A stretch of 63,202 nt of DNA, the filler included, from Vannella sp. (Eukaryota): assembly GCA_023345925.1 (NCBI GenBank). It is 5 parts of 5 records of this genome, joined end to end, with 100 filler letters (N's around TTAATTAATTAA, not from the genome) between each part and the next. Parts side by side here need not be neighbours in the genome. Positions count along the whole stretch, not along the records: positions 13,543 to 26,980 come from JAJQQN010000964.1; positions 27,081 to 41,953 come from JAJQQN010001177.1; 3 more parts are not named here. One strand, written 5' to 3'. A program made the position numbers and the translations under genes. Positions within the stretch are counted from its first letter, which is position 1, and the number at the start of each line of letters is the position of its first letter. Of this stretch, positions 23,915-34,700 are shown piece by piece. A model generated the notes under the pieces. It made no database searches and was not told the DNA's origin. It was given only the letters and a program-made list of their open reading frames with translations.

Positions 23915-26900
23915 ATGACGAAGCAGGGGCGTGTTATTGTCATTGGTGAACAGCAAGGGAACAAAGGGTTCGGGTATCCGGATAACTTCTTGAACACGGC
24001 TCGTTATCCGAACTTCTTGTCCTTGGTGACGTTCGGGCTGTTGTGGATTGTGTTCAACTCTGTGTCCTCATGTTACTTCCTTGTCGTCTCTCTGTTCCAG
24101 TTGCTGACGCCCTTCTCACCAACAGGAAAGTTCTCGACGTTTGCGCCTTATTCGTCAAATAAGGCGATGGAGCTCTACTTCCTCTATCTGGACAACAGCA
24201 AGAAGAAGTTTGCTGATTGGATGATCAACCAAAGGCCTATCCGGGTCGTCACAAAGCATGGACTCTCCTCTAAGCCTCGGTCCAATCTTCGTGTCGGTGA
24301 TGTTGTCTTGATTGAGGCTGAATGGCGAAACGAGGAGGTTCCAGCTGATCTCCTATTACTCTACTCTCCTTCTAGAGACGTGTACGTCAACATGGCGTCT
24401 CTAACGGGTGAGAAAGACCCGGTTCAGAAGAAGGTGCCGACGGGATTGGCCTTACGATCTCCCAAAGACGTTCCAGTGTATGGCCTTCTCTACACAGAAC
24501 CAGTATGTGAAGACTTGGAGAGCTTTAGTGGAACCCTGTGCTTTGGGACAGAGCGATTCCCCTGCAACGAAGACAACATTGTTCTTTCAGGTTCTGTCCT
24601 TCTCCAAGGGACAGATGTCTACGGCGTTGTATTTGCCACTCACAAAGAAACAAAGCTTCATATGAAGCAGTTGGGAAGCTCTCCTAAGCGGGGGTTCCTC
24701 TTGAAGCAACTGAACACAGTTACCAAGTGGACTTTGATGTTCTTAGTGACATTCATCATCTTCGGGACCATTGGGCACATGCTCAGCTTGAGAAACGAAC
24801 CGTCTTCAGCCACTGTGGTTCAAATCATCCTCATGTATTTCCTGCTCTTCAACGGCCTCATTGCACAGACCCTCCATTTCAGTCTGGATGTGGTTAGACG
24901 CATTCAGGTGAAGCTCTACTTGAGCCATATTGATGTACATAACTTCCAGTCCGTAGAAGTTCTTGGATTGTTGGATGCAATCATTTTTGACAAGACTGGT
25001 ACTCTGACTACCAACCAGCTAGTCCCGAAGGTGTTCTCCTGTCCTCAATTAGTCGATGATGATATGACTATTGTGAACCATCTGGCAGAGCGGAGTTCTT
25101 TGTCAAGGAGTACGGAGAAGTCTCTTCATGACTTGTATCTCGCAGTTTGCCTTAACAACACTGTCGTCCGTCTTTCCGATGGAAAACCGGGTGCAGTTTA
25201 CTTTGGAACATCATCTGATGAAGTAGTCTTGATGGAATCAATCTTTCATAGCGCCAATTACTTGTTGATGGAGCGTGAGAACACTTCGAAAGGACAAGTA
25301 ATCCATTTACGCACTCATTATGAGCAAGATAATCAATGGGAGATGATCCAACTCTTCAAATACTCCAGTGCAAAAGGAAAGATGTCAGTTATCATGCGCA
25401 ACACTCAAACCCAGAAGGTTTTTATCATTACCAAGGGCTCTCCTTCCCGAATGCAAGAACTGTTGCTGAAGAGCGATCAGTCTCTTGCCATTGAATCGGT
25501 GGAGCAGCTTGCAAAAGGTGGACTCCGAGTTCTTATGTTCGCCTGGAAAGAGCTTGAGTGGAGCCAAGACCAAGAGAATGAGCTAATCCGTTGCCGTGAT
25601 GACCAGACCCTTCTTGACTCCTACAGTATTGATCTGGAGGTTGATATGAACTTTGTTGGATGCACTGGAACTGAAGATAGCCTTCAACCATACCTTAAAG
25701 ACACTATCCGCACTATCCAGCGAAGTGACATTAAGACTTTCGTCTGCACTGGTGATATCAAGTTGACTGCCAAAAACATTGGTATGAACGCTGGTCTCCT
25801 CCCTGCAGACGAGGAACAGATCTTTGACATCCACCATCAACTCCACCGCACCCTGGAGCAGCAACTTGAAGCTGCCATTGCCTGCCAAACCACAAAAGGC
25901 GTGTTGATTGGCAAAGACGAGTTGCCCGCCATTCTCGACCACTTCTCTACGGGCAAACTATTCCTCCAGTTGGTGAACGATCCTCTTTTATCAGGAATGG
26001 TCGTGTATCGAGCAGGACCCTCTATGAAGTCTGCTTTGGCCAAGTTCTTGAAAGAAGCTGGATTGATCATTGCATGCGTCGGAGATGGAGCAAACGATAT
26101 AGAAATGATCAAAATGGCGGATGTGGGCATCGGGATTCGTGCTGGAGAGAACCAGCATGCTGCTGCTAGTGCTGACATAGCTATTGATAGTGTCTCTCAA
26201 CTCCCTCCTCTCATTCTCCACTCTGGAAAAACGAATTGGTACCGCAATGTGAAGCTAACCCAATTGATATCTTCCATGAAGCTCACCGTGATTCTTTCTC
26301 TCCTCTTCTACGACTGGTACTTTGGCTTCCAAGTTCAGTCTGTCTACACAGGCAAAATGCTCTTAGCCTTTAATCTCTTTTATGGCTGGGGAGTCATTTC
26401 CTACGGTATTTGCCATCTGATGACTAACAAGGTGGATGCTCTCGAGAATCCTGAGCTCTACAAGACACGTCCAGGCATTGAAATTGTGTCCATGCTTCAC
26501 TATTTTATTAACTGGGCCCGAGCTGCGGTTGATGCGTTCCTGGCCGTGGCAATATCCCTCATTTACGTTTCAATTTTAGAGAACAGCGAGATGCAAATAC
26601 CAATGCTGGACCAATCAGTTGACATCTTGCAGTTCTCTATTTTCGTGTTGGTAATGGTTTGGATTAACATCAAAGTCTCTGTAGAAAGTGGTATTAGGCA
26701 TTGGAATAACGTCAAATACATCCACGCAGCAGTGGCCCTCAGTCTCTTAGCTTTTTCTGTATTCTGCTTTCAATCGTGGTTCTATCTTCCGGATTCCTTC
26801 TTCGAATTCGTCATCGCATCCACCTTCGCATATTGCATTTATGCCGCTTCCCTCGACTCCATCATCAACCACATGACCCGTAGAATCACTGATCAGACAT

Positions 26901-26920
26901 TCAAACTTCACTTAGAATGA
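23915..26920 (+). CDS. Divergent P4-type ATPase (phospholipid flippase), intronless
   Basis: DKTGTLT, SSDEVVL, GLRVL, TGD, GDGANDIEMI; N-terminal DNFLNTARY typical of P4. Confidence 0.85.
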   Translation: MTKQGRVIVIGEQQGNKGFGYPDNFLNTARYPNFLSLVTFGLLWIVFNSVSSCYFLVVSLFQLLTPFSPTGKFSTFAPYSSNKAMELYFLYLDNSKKKFADWMINQRPIRVVTKHGLSSKPRSNLRVGDVVLIEAEWRNEEVPADLLLLYSPSRDVYVNMASLTGEKDPVQKKVPTGLALRSPKDVPVYGLLYTEPVCEDLESFSGTLCFGTERFPCNEDNIVLSGSVLLQGTDVYGVVFATHKETKLHMKQLGSSPKRGFLLKQLNTVTKWTLMFLVTFIIFGTIGHMLSLRNEPSSATVVQIILMYFLLFNGLIAQTLHFSLDVVRRIQVKLYLSHIDVHNFQSVEVLGLLDAIIFDKTGTLTTNQLVPKVFSCPQLVDDDMTIVNHLAERSSLSRSTEKSLHDLYLAVCLNNTVVRLSDGKPGAVYFGTSSDEVVLMESIFHSANYLLMERENTSKGQVIHLRTHYEQDNQWEMIQLFKYSSAKGKMSVIMRNTQTQKVFIITKGSPSRMQELLLKSDQSLAIESVEQLAKGGLRVLMFAWKELEWSQDQENELIRCRDDQTLLDSYSIDLEVDMNFVGCTGTEDSLQPYLKDTIRTIQRSDIKTFVCTGDIKLTAKNIGMNAGLLPADEEQIFDIHHQLHRTLEQQLEAAIACQTTKGVLIGKDELPAILDHFSTGKLFLQLVNDPLLSGMVVYRAGPSMKSALAKFLKEAGLIIACVGDGANDIEMIKMADVGIGIRAGENQHAAASADIAIDSVSQLPPLILHSGKTNWYRNVKLTQLISSMKLTVILSLLFYDWYFGFQVQSVYTGKMLLAFNLFYGWGVISYGICHLMTNKVDALENPELYKTRPGIEIVSMLHYFINWARAAVDAFLAVAISLIYVSILENSEMQIPMLDQSVDILQFSIFVLVMVWINIKVSVESGIRHWNNVKYIHAAVALSLLAFSVFCFQSWFYLPDSFFEFVIASTFAYCIYAASLDSIINHMTRRITDQTFKLHLE

Positions 26921-26980
26921 AAATCGATTCTTCGCAACGAGGTAATTCAATATGAAAAGTGCAATCCTCTTTTGCACTAC

Positions 26981-27080
26981 NNNNNNNNNNNNNNNNNNNN
27001 NNNNNNNNNNNNNNNNNNNNNNNNTTAATTAATTAANNNNNNNNNNNNNNNNNNNNNNNNNNNNNNNNNNNNNNNNNNNN
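26981..27080. other. Artificial contig spacer
   Basis: N44-TTAATTAATTAA-N44. Confidence 0.98.
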
Positions 27081-27206
27081 ACCGGTCTGGTCGGGCTTTC
27101 CTACAAGAAGCGCCTTGATGACACCACCGAGGTCATCCTCGGCGCCAACGCCAACAGCATCACTAAGGAATACGATGTCGGCTTCAACCTTGAGGTCTCC
27201 ATCTAA
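27081..27206 (+). CDS. 3' end of VDAC/porin-like gene (truncated by gap)
   Basis: TGLVGLSYKKRLDDTTEVILGA...VGFNLEVSI* resembles the last VDAC strands. Confidence 0.6.
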   Translation, partial: TGLVGLSYKKRLDDTTEVILGANANSITKEYDVGFNLEVSI

Positions 27207-27262
27207 ACTGGTCTAATGCACAGCCAAACGGGCGAACTAAACTTTCACTTCCTCCCTCTCCC

Positions 27263-27772
27263 ATGCGCCAGGCCGTCCCTCTCTACAAGCGCCCGGTGGA
27301 CATCCTCTTGGTGTTGTTATACGGGTACTTCTTGTTCTCTTGCATCTTCATTGAGAGGCATTACTGCGCGGCTCCTCTGGAGGCGGACGATAGCGACTGG
27401 TTGCTCAGGGAGACTTACTCTTACTCGGAGCAATACAACCCACTGTTCCTCTCCCGCCCCGAGTGGTTACGGACAGCCACATGCATATCTGCTTATGTTC
27501 TTAGTTCTGGCTACGTTCTGTCTATCATCGCCATCTTGGGAGCTGTGGACGGGCTTCGCATCCCGTTGTTGATGTTTTCGTCCTTCAAGCTCTACGCTTT
27601 GATGCTCTACTACAGCCTGGAACTCTTTGGATCTATGCCTGTTCCCAGTTTGACCCACTTTTTGGCTCCAGAGCTTCCCTATCTGTTGGCTCTGTTGTTG
27701 GCTCTCTTCCGCCTTCGATCCGCTCACCCTTTCACTCTTCCAGCTCCACTCAAGGCCAAGAAGAACAACTAA
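27263..27772 (+). CDS. EXPERA/EBP/TMEM97-like membrane protein
   Basis: PLYKRPVD, YSEQYNPLFLSRPEWLR, four hydrophobic segments, C-terminal KKNN ER-retrieval-like signal. Confidence 0.7.
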   Translation: MRQAVPLYKRPVDILLVLLYGYFLFSCIFIERHYCAAPLEADDSDWLLRETYSYSEQYNPLFLSRPEWLRTATCISAYVLSSGYVLSIIAILGAVDGLRIPLLMFSSFKLYALMLYYSLELFGSMPVPSLTHFLAPELPYLLALLLALFRLRSAHPFTLPAPLKAKKNN

Positions 27773-27826
27773 ACAGCATTCAAAGTGGATCACGCTTTAC
27801 GTGCTTTGGTGAGCCTGGCTGGTCCC

Positions 27827-30193
27827 TTAAAACAGCTGAATGGCCTCTTGTGGAACACTTCGAAGCGGCATTGAGCGACTTTGGAGCACAGACCACATGA
27901 ATCGTTGGAACCACAAGTCAGTAGCTTGATTCTCTTGATAACGACGCGTCAGGATGGCATGAGGGACGGGTAGAAGGCCAACCAAAGGCGTTTTCAGATA
28001 AGAGAGTATTTGTGACTCGGTGTTGCCTTTGGCGCTTGGCTCTGATGTCAGCCAGTTCAACAGGAGCAAGCTTATGGACTTACCTCTCTGCCATGGCGAT
28101 GATATCGGGCATCACAGCATTGATTAGCCGAATGCAGGTGCTCAGAGGCAGACTTGCTTTCCACTCTTGTAGCTTTGGAGAGTCAGTTTGACGCTTCCTG
28201 GAGTAGTGGGGTGATTATGCATACCCATTCGTTAGTAGGAATCCAAGCAGAAGGATCTGATGGCTCTGTAGGGAGGGGAAGAGGATCTCCTTCTGCCTGC
28301 AACTCGAGAGAACTGTCAGGTCTAGGTTGATTGGAGCGGATACGGAGGTTACTGAGGTTCTTAAACGTCTGGTGATAGTGAACCACCGAGTAGACGATGG
28401 CGCTGTTGCCAGAATACTGATATTGGATGAGATTGTTGAAAGCCTCGAGGATCAACTGGACATAATGATGCGCGTGGGGGTTGCTCAGTAACGTACGAGG
28501 TGACGCATAGAAGTGGAATAACTTTGACAAACTCATGGAGGCTGTCATGCAAAGAGTGGTGGCAAACGGGGACACATTCGCTAGAATCGTCAAAAGAGTG
28601 TCATTCAGTCCTGACAGCTTCCGGTTGCCATCCATCATGATCTTATGAATGACCAACACTAGGAAGTCATTATAAGTGCCTGAAAACGAAGGAATGTCGC
28701 TGTGGGAGTGCTTGGGAGCAAAGGGCTTGTTCATTTGAACCCCAAAACGGCGCTCTCCACTCAAAAGCAGCAAGATAAAGGCCGAGAGGTGAGTCTGCCC
28801 CACTGAGAAGAGAGTGAGAGTCAACCAGCAGCTTCTGATGCGTTACGAACCCTCCTTCTTGCGGGTATCAAGCATGTAATGGAGGAGGGGCCCTGCCACC
28901 AAGGTGATGTCTCTCTCTTTAAGGATGTAACCAGCCATGTTCTGAGAGGGTTAGAAGTCAGGCTGTGAGGGAGGAGGCGCTGTCCTACTTGGTTCAGGGT
29001 CAGAAGAGTCCAAAGGAGCATTGATAGCTCTTGAGAGGACTGGATAGCCTTAGCAGACCCGGGGAGATAGGAGCGTTTAGCGACTAAAGGGTTCTCTAAG
29101 AGGGCAGAGATGTGGTCGTAGAGGAAGCCCAGCTCTGACGGAATCTCTCGCCCAAGTGCTTTCTGGAAGATGCGGAAGAGATTGGCATCTTCTCCTGCTC
29201 TAGAGCGGTCGAGAAGGACCAAGAGTAAGTGCAGAGAGACCTCTGAGAACTCCTCATGGACCGCGCCTGAGGAAACCCAATAGTTGTAAGGCATTCCCCA
29301 ACCGACGGGATCGTACGTCACGCTGGCGTTCAGCACGGAGCAGAACATCTCCCATGCCTTGGTGTTGTTCTCTTCTTCACTAAAGAACCTTAACCAGCGA
29401 TTGGGGACGGGGGCGCCTTCCGGGCTGATGTAAAGAGGCCCACTTAGACAGGTTAGGATGGCCCGCAAGGCGTGAATGCGGTTCTTCAACATAGATTCTG
29501 GTGGGTAGGTCTCATTGTCGAGTCCAATGCCTCGCCTCCTTCTCGTGTGTCAGTGCCGTTTGGGTTTCCTTTCTTTGGAGCTTACCAGATGCCCAGTGGG
29601 TTGCTCTCTGTCGTGGGAGGGACGGTGTACCCTTCAACAAAGAGAGTATCTGTAAGGAGAGATGCTAGACACTGAGCCAGACAGCCTCCTCGCTCCCACC
29701 GACCAGGGCATCGCAACACAGTCAGCTGCTTCGACGCAGGGGCATGGGGAAGGCTCTCCACCTCCTCAGAAGAAGGCAGAGGATACGATATCTTGCAAGG
29801 CCCAACATAAAGCTCAGAAGAGTCCAAGGGACCTATCGAATAGAGGATAAGGTCACGGAAGGACGAAGGAGCCGAAAGCACGACCGGAACCACCCAAGAG
29901 AGGATGCGCATCAGCGCGTTGAAGACAAGGATCCTCTCAGACGTTGCGACATCCTGTTTCCTTCTCAGAAACTTGTGGAGACAGTCCGTCACGCGATAGA
30001 GAAGAATCGCCAAGTTGGTGGGTTGCTCCGTCACCAACGAGGTCAAAGCACTCGAGGAGAGCTCAAACGAGGTATCCAGTGATACAGAGGCTAGCAGATC
30101 CGACCAAAACTGATGTTCAAAAGGCACTACCGGACCCTGCAGCTGCTTCAAAGCCGCCTCGACAGTGAAGATCTGGCTTTGGACCTGTCCCAT
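27827..30193 (-). CDS. HID1: HID1/Dymeclin family protein (multi-exon)
   Basis: MG start, YDPVGWGMPYN, LLLLSGERRFGVQMNKPF, NVSPF, AFNNLIQYQYSGN, IQLF end. Confidence 0.85.
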
Positions 30194-30295
30194 CCCTCGT
30201 GCAACCAGGAAATGGCGTTTTTGGGCCGTTTGAGTCGTTAAAGCAAGTTATATCTGTATTGTACATGTGTCAGGGTGGGTTTTGAGCCAGCTCCT

Positions 30296-31018
30296 TCACC
30301 AGGGAGGATAATCTTGAGGCTCTGGAGGTTGGGTTCGTTGTCTTTTGGTGTCTGGAAGGTGCTCTGGGGCTTCTTGAGGTGTCAAAAAGCAGAAATAGTC
30401 TTCCTTTTGTGGTACTGTACGACTTAGAGTTGTGGGTAGGCTCGGTGGAGGGTTCCTTGAGCCCGAATCCTCCTTCGACATTCTGGTCTCCGTCTGGTCC
30501 TCATGCACTTGCAAACGGCCTTGATTAGCCACACTGAGCGTTCCATAGGATTGGGTTACAGTCTCCTCTTGCTTAATGTTGGTTCCCGCCCTGTTCTCCG
30601 GGAAAAGAGAGTCCAATAGTGTCTCAGAGGTCTCTTGAGTGGTCTCTGGGGCGTCCTCCTCCGTGAATGACCTCTTCCCCGACCTCTGACGAGTGATCAA
30701 GCTATGAAGATCAGTGCGACCACGAAGGAAGTGAGGATGAGCGAAGATGAGCCATTCCACATCCACCTCAAAGTCAAAGCTCTCGTTCGGCACTTTCTTG
30801 AAGCCGTACGTGTTCAGCTGGCGGATGAAGGATGACAGGTTGTTGTGTCGAAAGAACCTCGGAAGGATCTCCATCTGAAAGATGAATTGGTTCTTCACAA
30901 CGAAGGATTCGCCAGAGTCCATCCACGAGACCACCTCAGCCGTCTCTGGCTCCTCCACCAGAGAGAAGGTCTTAGTGATGAATGGAGCGATTCGTGCACT
31001 GCGGGCTGTTTGCGGCAT
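30296..31018 (-). CDS. Heat-shock-factor-type DNA-binding protein
   Basis: PFITKTFSLV..VVSW..SFVV..ILPRFFRHNNLSSFIRQLNTYGFKK..FAHPHFLRG. Confidence 0.92.
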   Translation of the reverse strand: MPQTARSARIAPFITKTFSLVEEPETAEVVSWMDSGESFVVKNQFIFQMEILPRFFRHNNLSSFIRQLNTYGFKKVPNESFDFEVDVEWLIFAHPHFLRGRTDLHSLITRQRSGKRSFTEEDAPETTQETSETLLDSLFPENRAGTNIKQEETVTQSYGTLSVANQGRLQVHEDQTETRMSKEDSGSRNPPPSLPTTLSRTVPQKEDYFCFLTPQEAPEHLPDTKRQRTQPPEPQDYPPW

Positions 31019-31084
31019 GAACGGGAATGAGTTCTTCAAACATCGCAGTCCCCGCAAGCAAAGCGAGTCTTCCAACGGGGGCGT

Positions 31085-31738
31085 CGGAGATGACCATTCC
31101 TTGAATCACAAAGAACTCGCAGGGTCTCGCGGTCTTCGAAAAACTGGCAGTCATTATCGCCTTCTCTGCCTAAGTGGTTGTCAATTGCCTTCTGAAGTGG
31201 AGTGGGACACTGCGCATCCAAAGAGAGTTCACGGCCCCACAAAAACACGTCCGGAGGCCACAGTTAAAAATTAACTCTAAATTCGATCGGGACCTTTACC
31301 AATCAACTTTTTATGTGTTTTGGTAAAGGTACTTTTTTCGGCTCATTTGAACATCCCATCAAACGATGGAAAAGTGGCCCTCTTAAAAACATATATAATC
31401 ATCATTCGCGTTGGTGCCAGTCGAATTTAGAAGCACTTTTCAAAGTAGGCTAGCGGACGTGGTGACGTGGGGCCGTGAACTCTCTCCCTGAGAAAATCCA
31501 GCAGGAAGTACTTGTTGCATCTTCCCACGCTCGATAACTTCAACAAGCAGTTGCCAACTGTTCTCGATCCTGGTTTGAGCTGAAAAAGAGGAACGCGCTT
31601 CAACCACACGACAACGACTGCCCCAAGGGGAGGGTCTCGCTGACCTGAGAGCATGGTCCTGCATCTCCGGTTGCAACCCCTCTTTGGCGCAACTCTACCC
31701 AACTAGGACTTCTCCTCTGCCTCCAAAAAAGAGTTCAC
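31085..31738. repeat. Inverted pair of homologous non-coding units
   Basis: Perfect inverted blocks 31222-31240/31467-31485 (19 bp), 31246-31253/31454-31461, 31276-31286/31421-31431 with identical spacing; further shared blocks outward. Confidence 0.85.
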
Positions 31739-31765
31739 CGCTTTCTCAACATGAAGTGAGTTCTA

Positions 31766-34700
31766 TTAAGGGTTAGGCACCGGGTCAGGAGGTACAAAAA
31801 GGTCTTCGAGAGAGAGTTTGGGGTGAATCTCAGCAGAGGAAGAAGTGAATCCACATACGAAGCTGAGTTCATGGAAGAGAGCTTGGTCAAGATCACCCAC
31901 ACAGCAAATGAGCGTTTCTGATGCGTGGTTGACGGTTATCTTCTTGGCCGTATTGATCATGGTGAAGACAGGCCGATTCTTAACGGATGGGTGTCTTAAT
32001 GCTTCTGCCAAAGCATCTAAGATGACTTCTCGTTGCTTGGGAGAAGTGCATGGCTCCAAATAGACGGCTGAAAGTATCTTTGCGGCTGCCAGACACATGG
32101 AAGGGAAGTGGTGATACAGTTCCTTGATCAGAAACTCTAAAAGAGAGTCGTCTAAGTATCGGAACTGCTTCGTACAGATCAGAGCCGATTCAGCCACAAA
32201 GCTGACATCAAGAAGAGCACATTTCATAGCGTTGACAGTTTGTTCCGAAACGCGTCCGTAGATACTGAGCAGTTCCATTGCAGCGATTCTCCCAAAGGCA
32301 GAGACACTCTCTTCCGTGGCTTGTGCCAGCAAGGCAGCAAGTTCGGGTGTGGCACAGTTTTGGAAGGTGACAGGAAGGCGCTGAGACAGTCCCGATGCGA
32401 TTTGGAGGAGAGAATCCAACTGCCGATAACTGCAAGAGTCATACTCTAAAGTGTGATAGACATGAGCAGTTTGCAAGCAATTCAAGAGCCATGGCAGAAT
32501 GACTGTAGTGAGTATTTGGGGAGTATTTACGAGTTGCATTACCGCTCGAGGGACACAAGACTCTACCCGATTGTTAGAGTTATAATGGTGGAAGTAGGAT
32601 CGCCCGAACTGAGCCAGATCTTCTAATGAACCCAGACTTCTCGCCAAACTTTGGCGGTCCCGTTCTTTCTTGAAGGCAATGTTTGCCAACTCGACATAGT
32701 CTGAGTCCGCATGTGTGCCATTCTGAAGAGCTTCTTGGGCCGCATGCGCTAAAGATAAGGGCCATTCTTCGCAGCATGTCATGCGAAGGGCGACTTCAGG
32801 GTCCAGATTACATTGAATAAGTTGGTTGAAGGCACCAGCGGGTAGATTCCCAGTGCAATGAGAGGCAGAGTGGGCTGTCTTGCAGACACCAATCAGCATG
32901 ATAGATTGAACCCGTGCAGATGCCGCCCCTTTTGGAAGAAGCTTCATCCAGGCTGGCCAAGCACTTTCTGAAATACATTCGCAAGTTCCCAGCCAAAGTG
33001 AGCTGACATAAAGCTCTCTTTCATCCGCAGCATTCTCATAAAGTTCGGCCAATTGTAATACAATGGACTCGTCATCATGTACTATATCGTGCCCCATCCA
33101 GCGGATGGTTTGGCTGAGCATCAGACGTTTCTGCTTGATGCCATTCCAGCTAGCCTCAGCGAGTATTAATAACACTTCCAATCCCATCACAGAGGTCCTC
33201 AGGCGCCTAAACGAGTTGCTTGTGCTAAATGATTCACCGTGAAGTGCGACTTGAGCCCGCAGTCGGCTCCGGTCGTCACCATATTGGATCAAGTCAAGAA
33301 CGTGAGTTAGCGAATCCTTTGTTAGAATAGCTTTCTCCGCTTCTAGTAAGGCAATTTGCTGGATAATCTTTCTTTCGTACTCTGCGAACTCACTGGCAGA
33401 GGACTGGAGAGCGGAAGTAGGCTTCAGATACTCTTTCCAGTCATCAATTTGGTTAAGAACGTCAGGAGAGACTTCGCCTGCCAGTGAAAGAAGAGTATAA
33501 ATCCTTTCACAGAGCTGTTTCGCTTCTTCCTTTTGATGCGAGACACTTCGGAGTCGTTTTACCTTCTGAATAAGATGCCCAATAGAGGTGGCAGCATATT
33601 GATCCAAAGCGATTCCATAAGAACCTGGCGCAACAGCTTGCTGCCGCAGGGATTCATAGGCACGAATATGCCACTGATCTTCAAGTATAGCGCTCCACAA
33701 GCGAGAATTCCAGTCCACAGGCAGGTCAGCAGCTGATTTAGCGCACTCAAAAAGCGCATAAAGAGTGAGAGCCATCCAAGAGTCCTCATTCTCAACACTA
33801 TTGTGGAAATACTCTGCGCACAGGAAGAGAATTTGCCCATAGTTGCCCTCTGCATAGGCAACGCACCACTTGTTGGTGAGCTTTTCAACCGCTTTTTGCC
33901 ATAATTGAAGTTCCTTTCGCCCCTTGGACTGCAAAAATATCGGATGGAGCTCACTAAGGAGAGAGGACCTTTCGAATTCATCTACGATAACTGAGGCTGC
34001 TCGGATTGAGCCCTTCAGTAGTTCGGTGCTCTGCTCAGGACGAGCTAAAGTACTAATAGAGAGGCGCGCAAGTGCTCTTGACCGATTGTTTTTGTTTGGG
34101 ATGTTGTTCGCCCACATCATCAGGTCTGAGAATAGCAGGATTCCTTCTGAGCGAGGCAGCATCTCAATGATCCGCTCCATCACAACAACTCGTCGGTGCA
34201 AGTCACCAATATCAAGTGCTGAGTTGACGGCCTGCCTCAGAAGTGAGTCAAAGTATTCTCCTTGTGGGAGATATCTACAAAGGCGCCACAGAGTGCGAGC
34301 TCGGTAGTACGGATCGCCTATTCGTGTAGCTACCTTCATAAGCATATCTTGTGGACTCGAGTCCGAGTACCCTTCCGGCAGAGGCAAGCCGCCAAAGGGA
34401 TCCGAGCCCGTTTCGCTCTCTACTCGGAAGAGATAAGTTGCTAAAATCTCGGGCATCAGGTCGGGATGCTCAGTAGAGAAGGAGACGGCAAAGAATTCAA
34501 GTACGTAAGGCTTCCACCAGCTCAATGGGATCATTTCCACTGCTGACAACACCTCAGGAGGAAAGATTTCATGCTTTTGGTCCCAAATTGGAGCGCACAA
34601 AGTGGATCCGACCGGCCAGGGGTCAGCAAAAGAGATGTTTTGGGCCGTCTTCCGGAAGAGCGTTGGTACTTGAGCAAACGCAGCGGCAAACGCAATCGGG

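Noticed and set aside
31016..31233. RNA thermometer sequestering the HSF start codon (CGTGAAC with GTTCATG)
   Set aside because: Only 7 bp over about 200 nt, several upstream ATGs, and a TCATTC initiator-like motif about 10 nt before the ATG suggests a very short leader.
31625..31710. HDV-like ribozyme resemblance (GTCCT/AGGAC, GCA-loop-TGC)
   Set aside because: No proper 7-bp P1, no GG for P1.1 directly after P1, and the homologous left unit cannot form the same fold.
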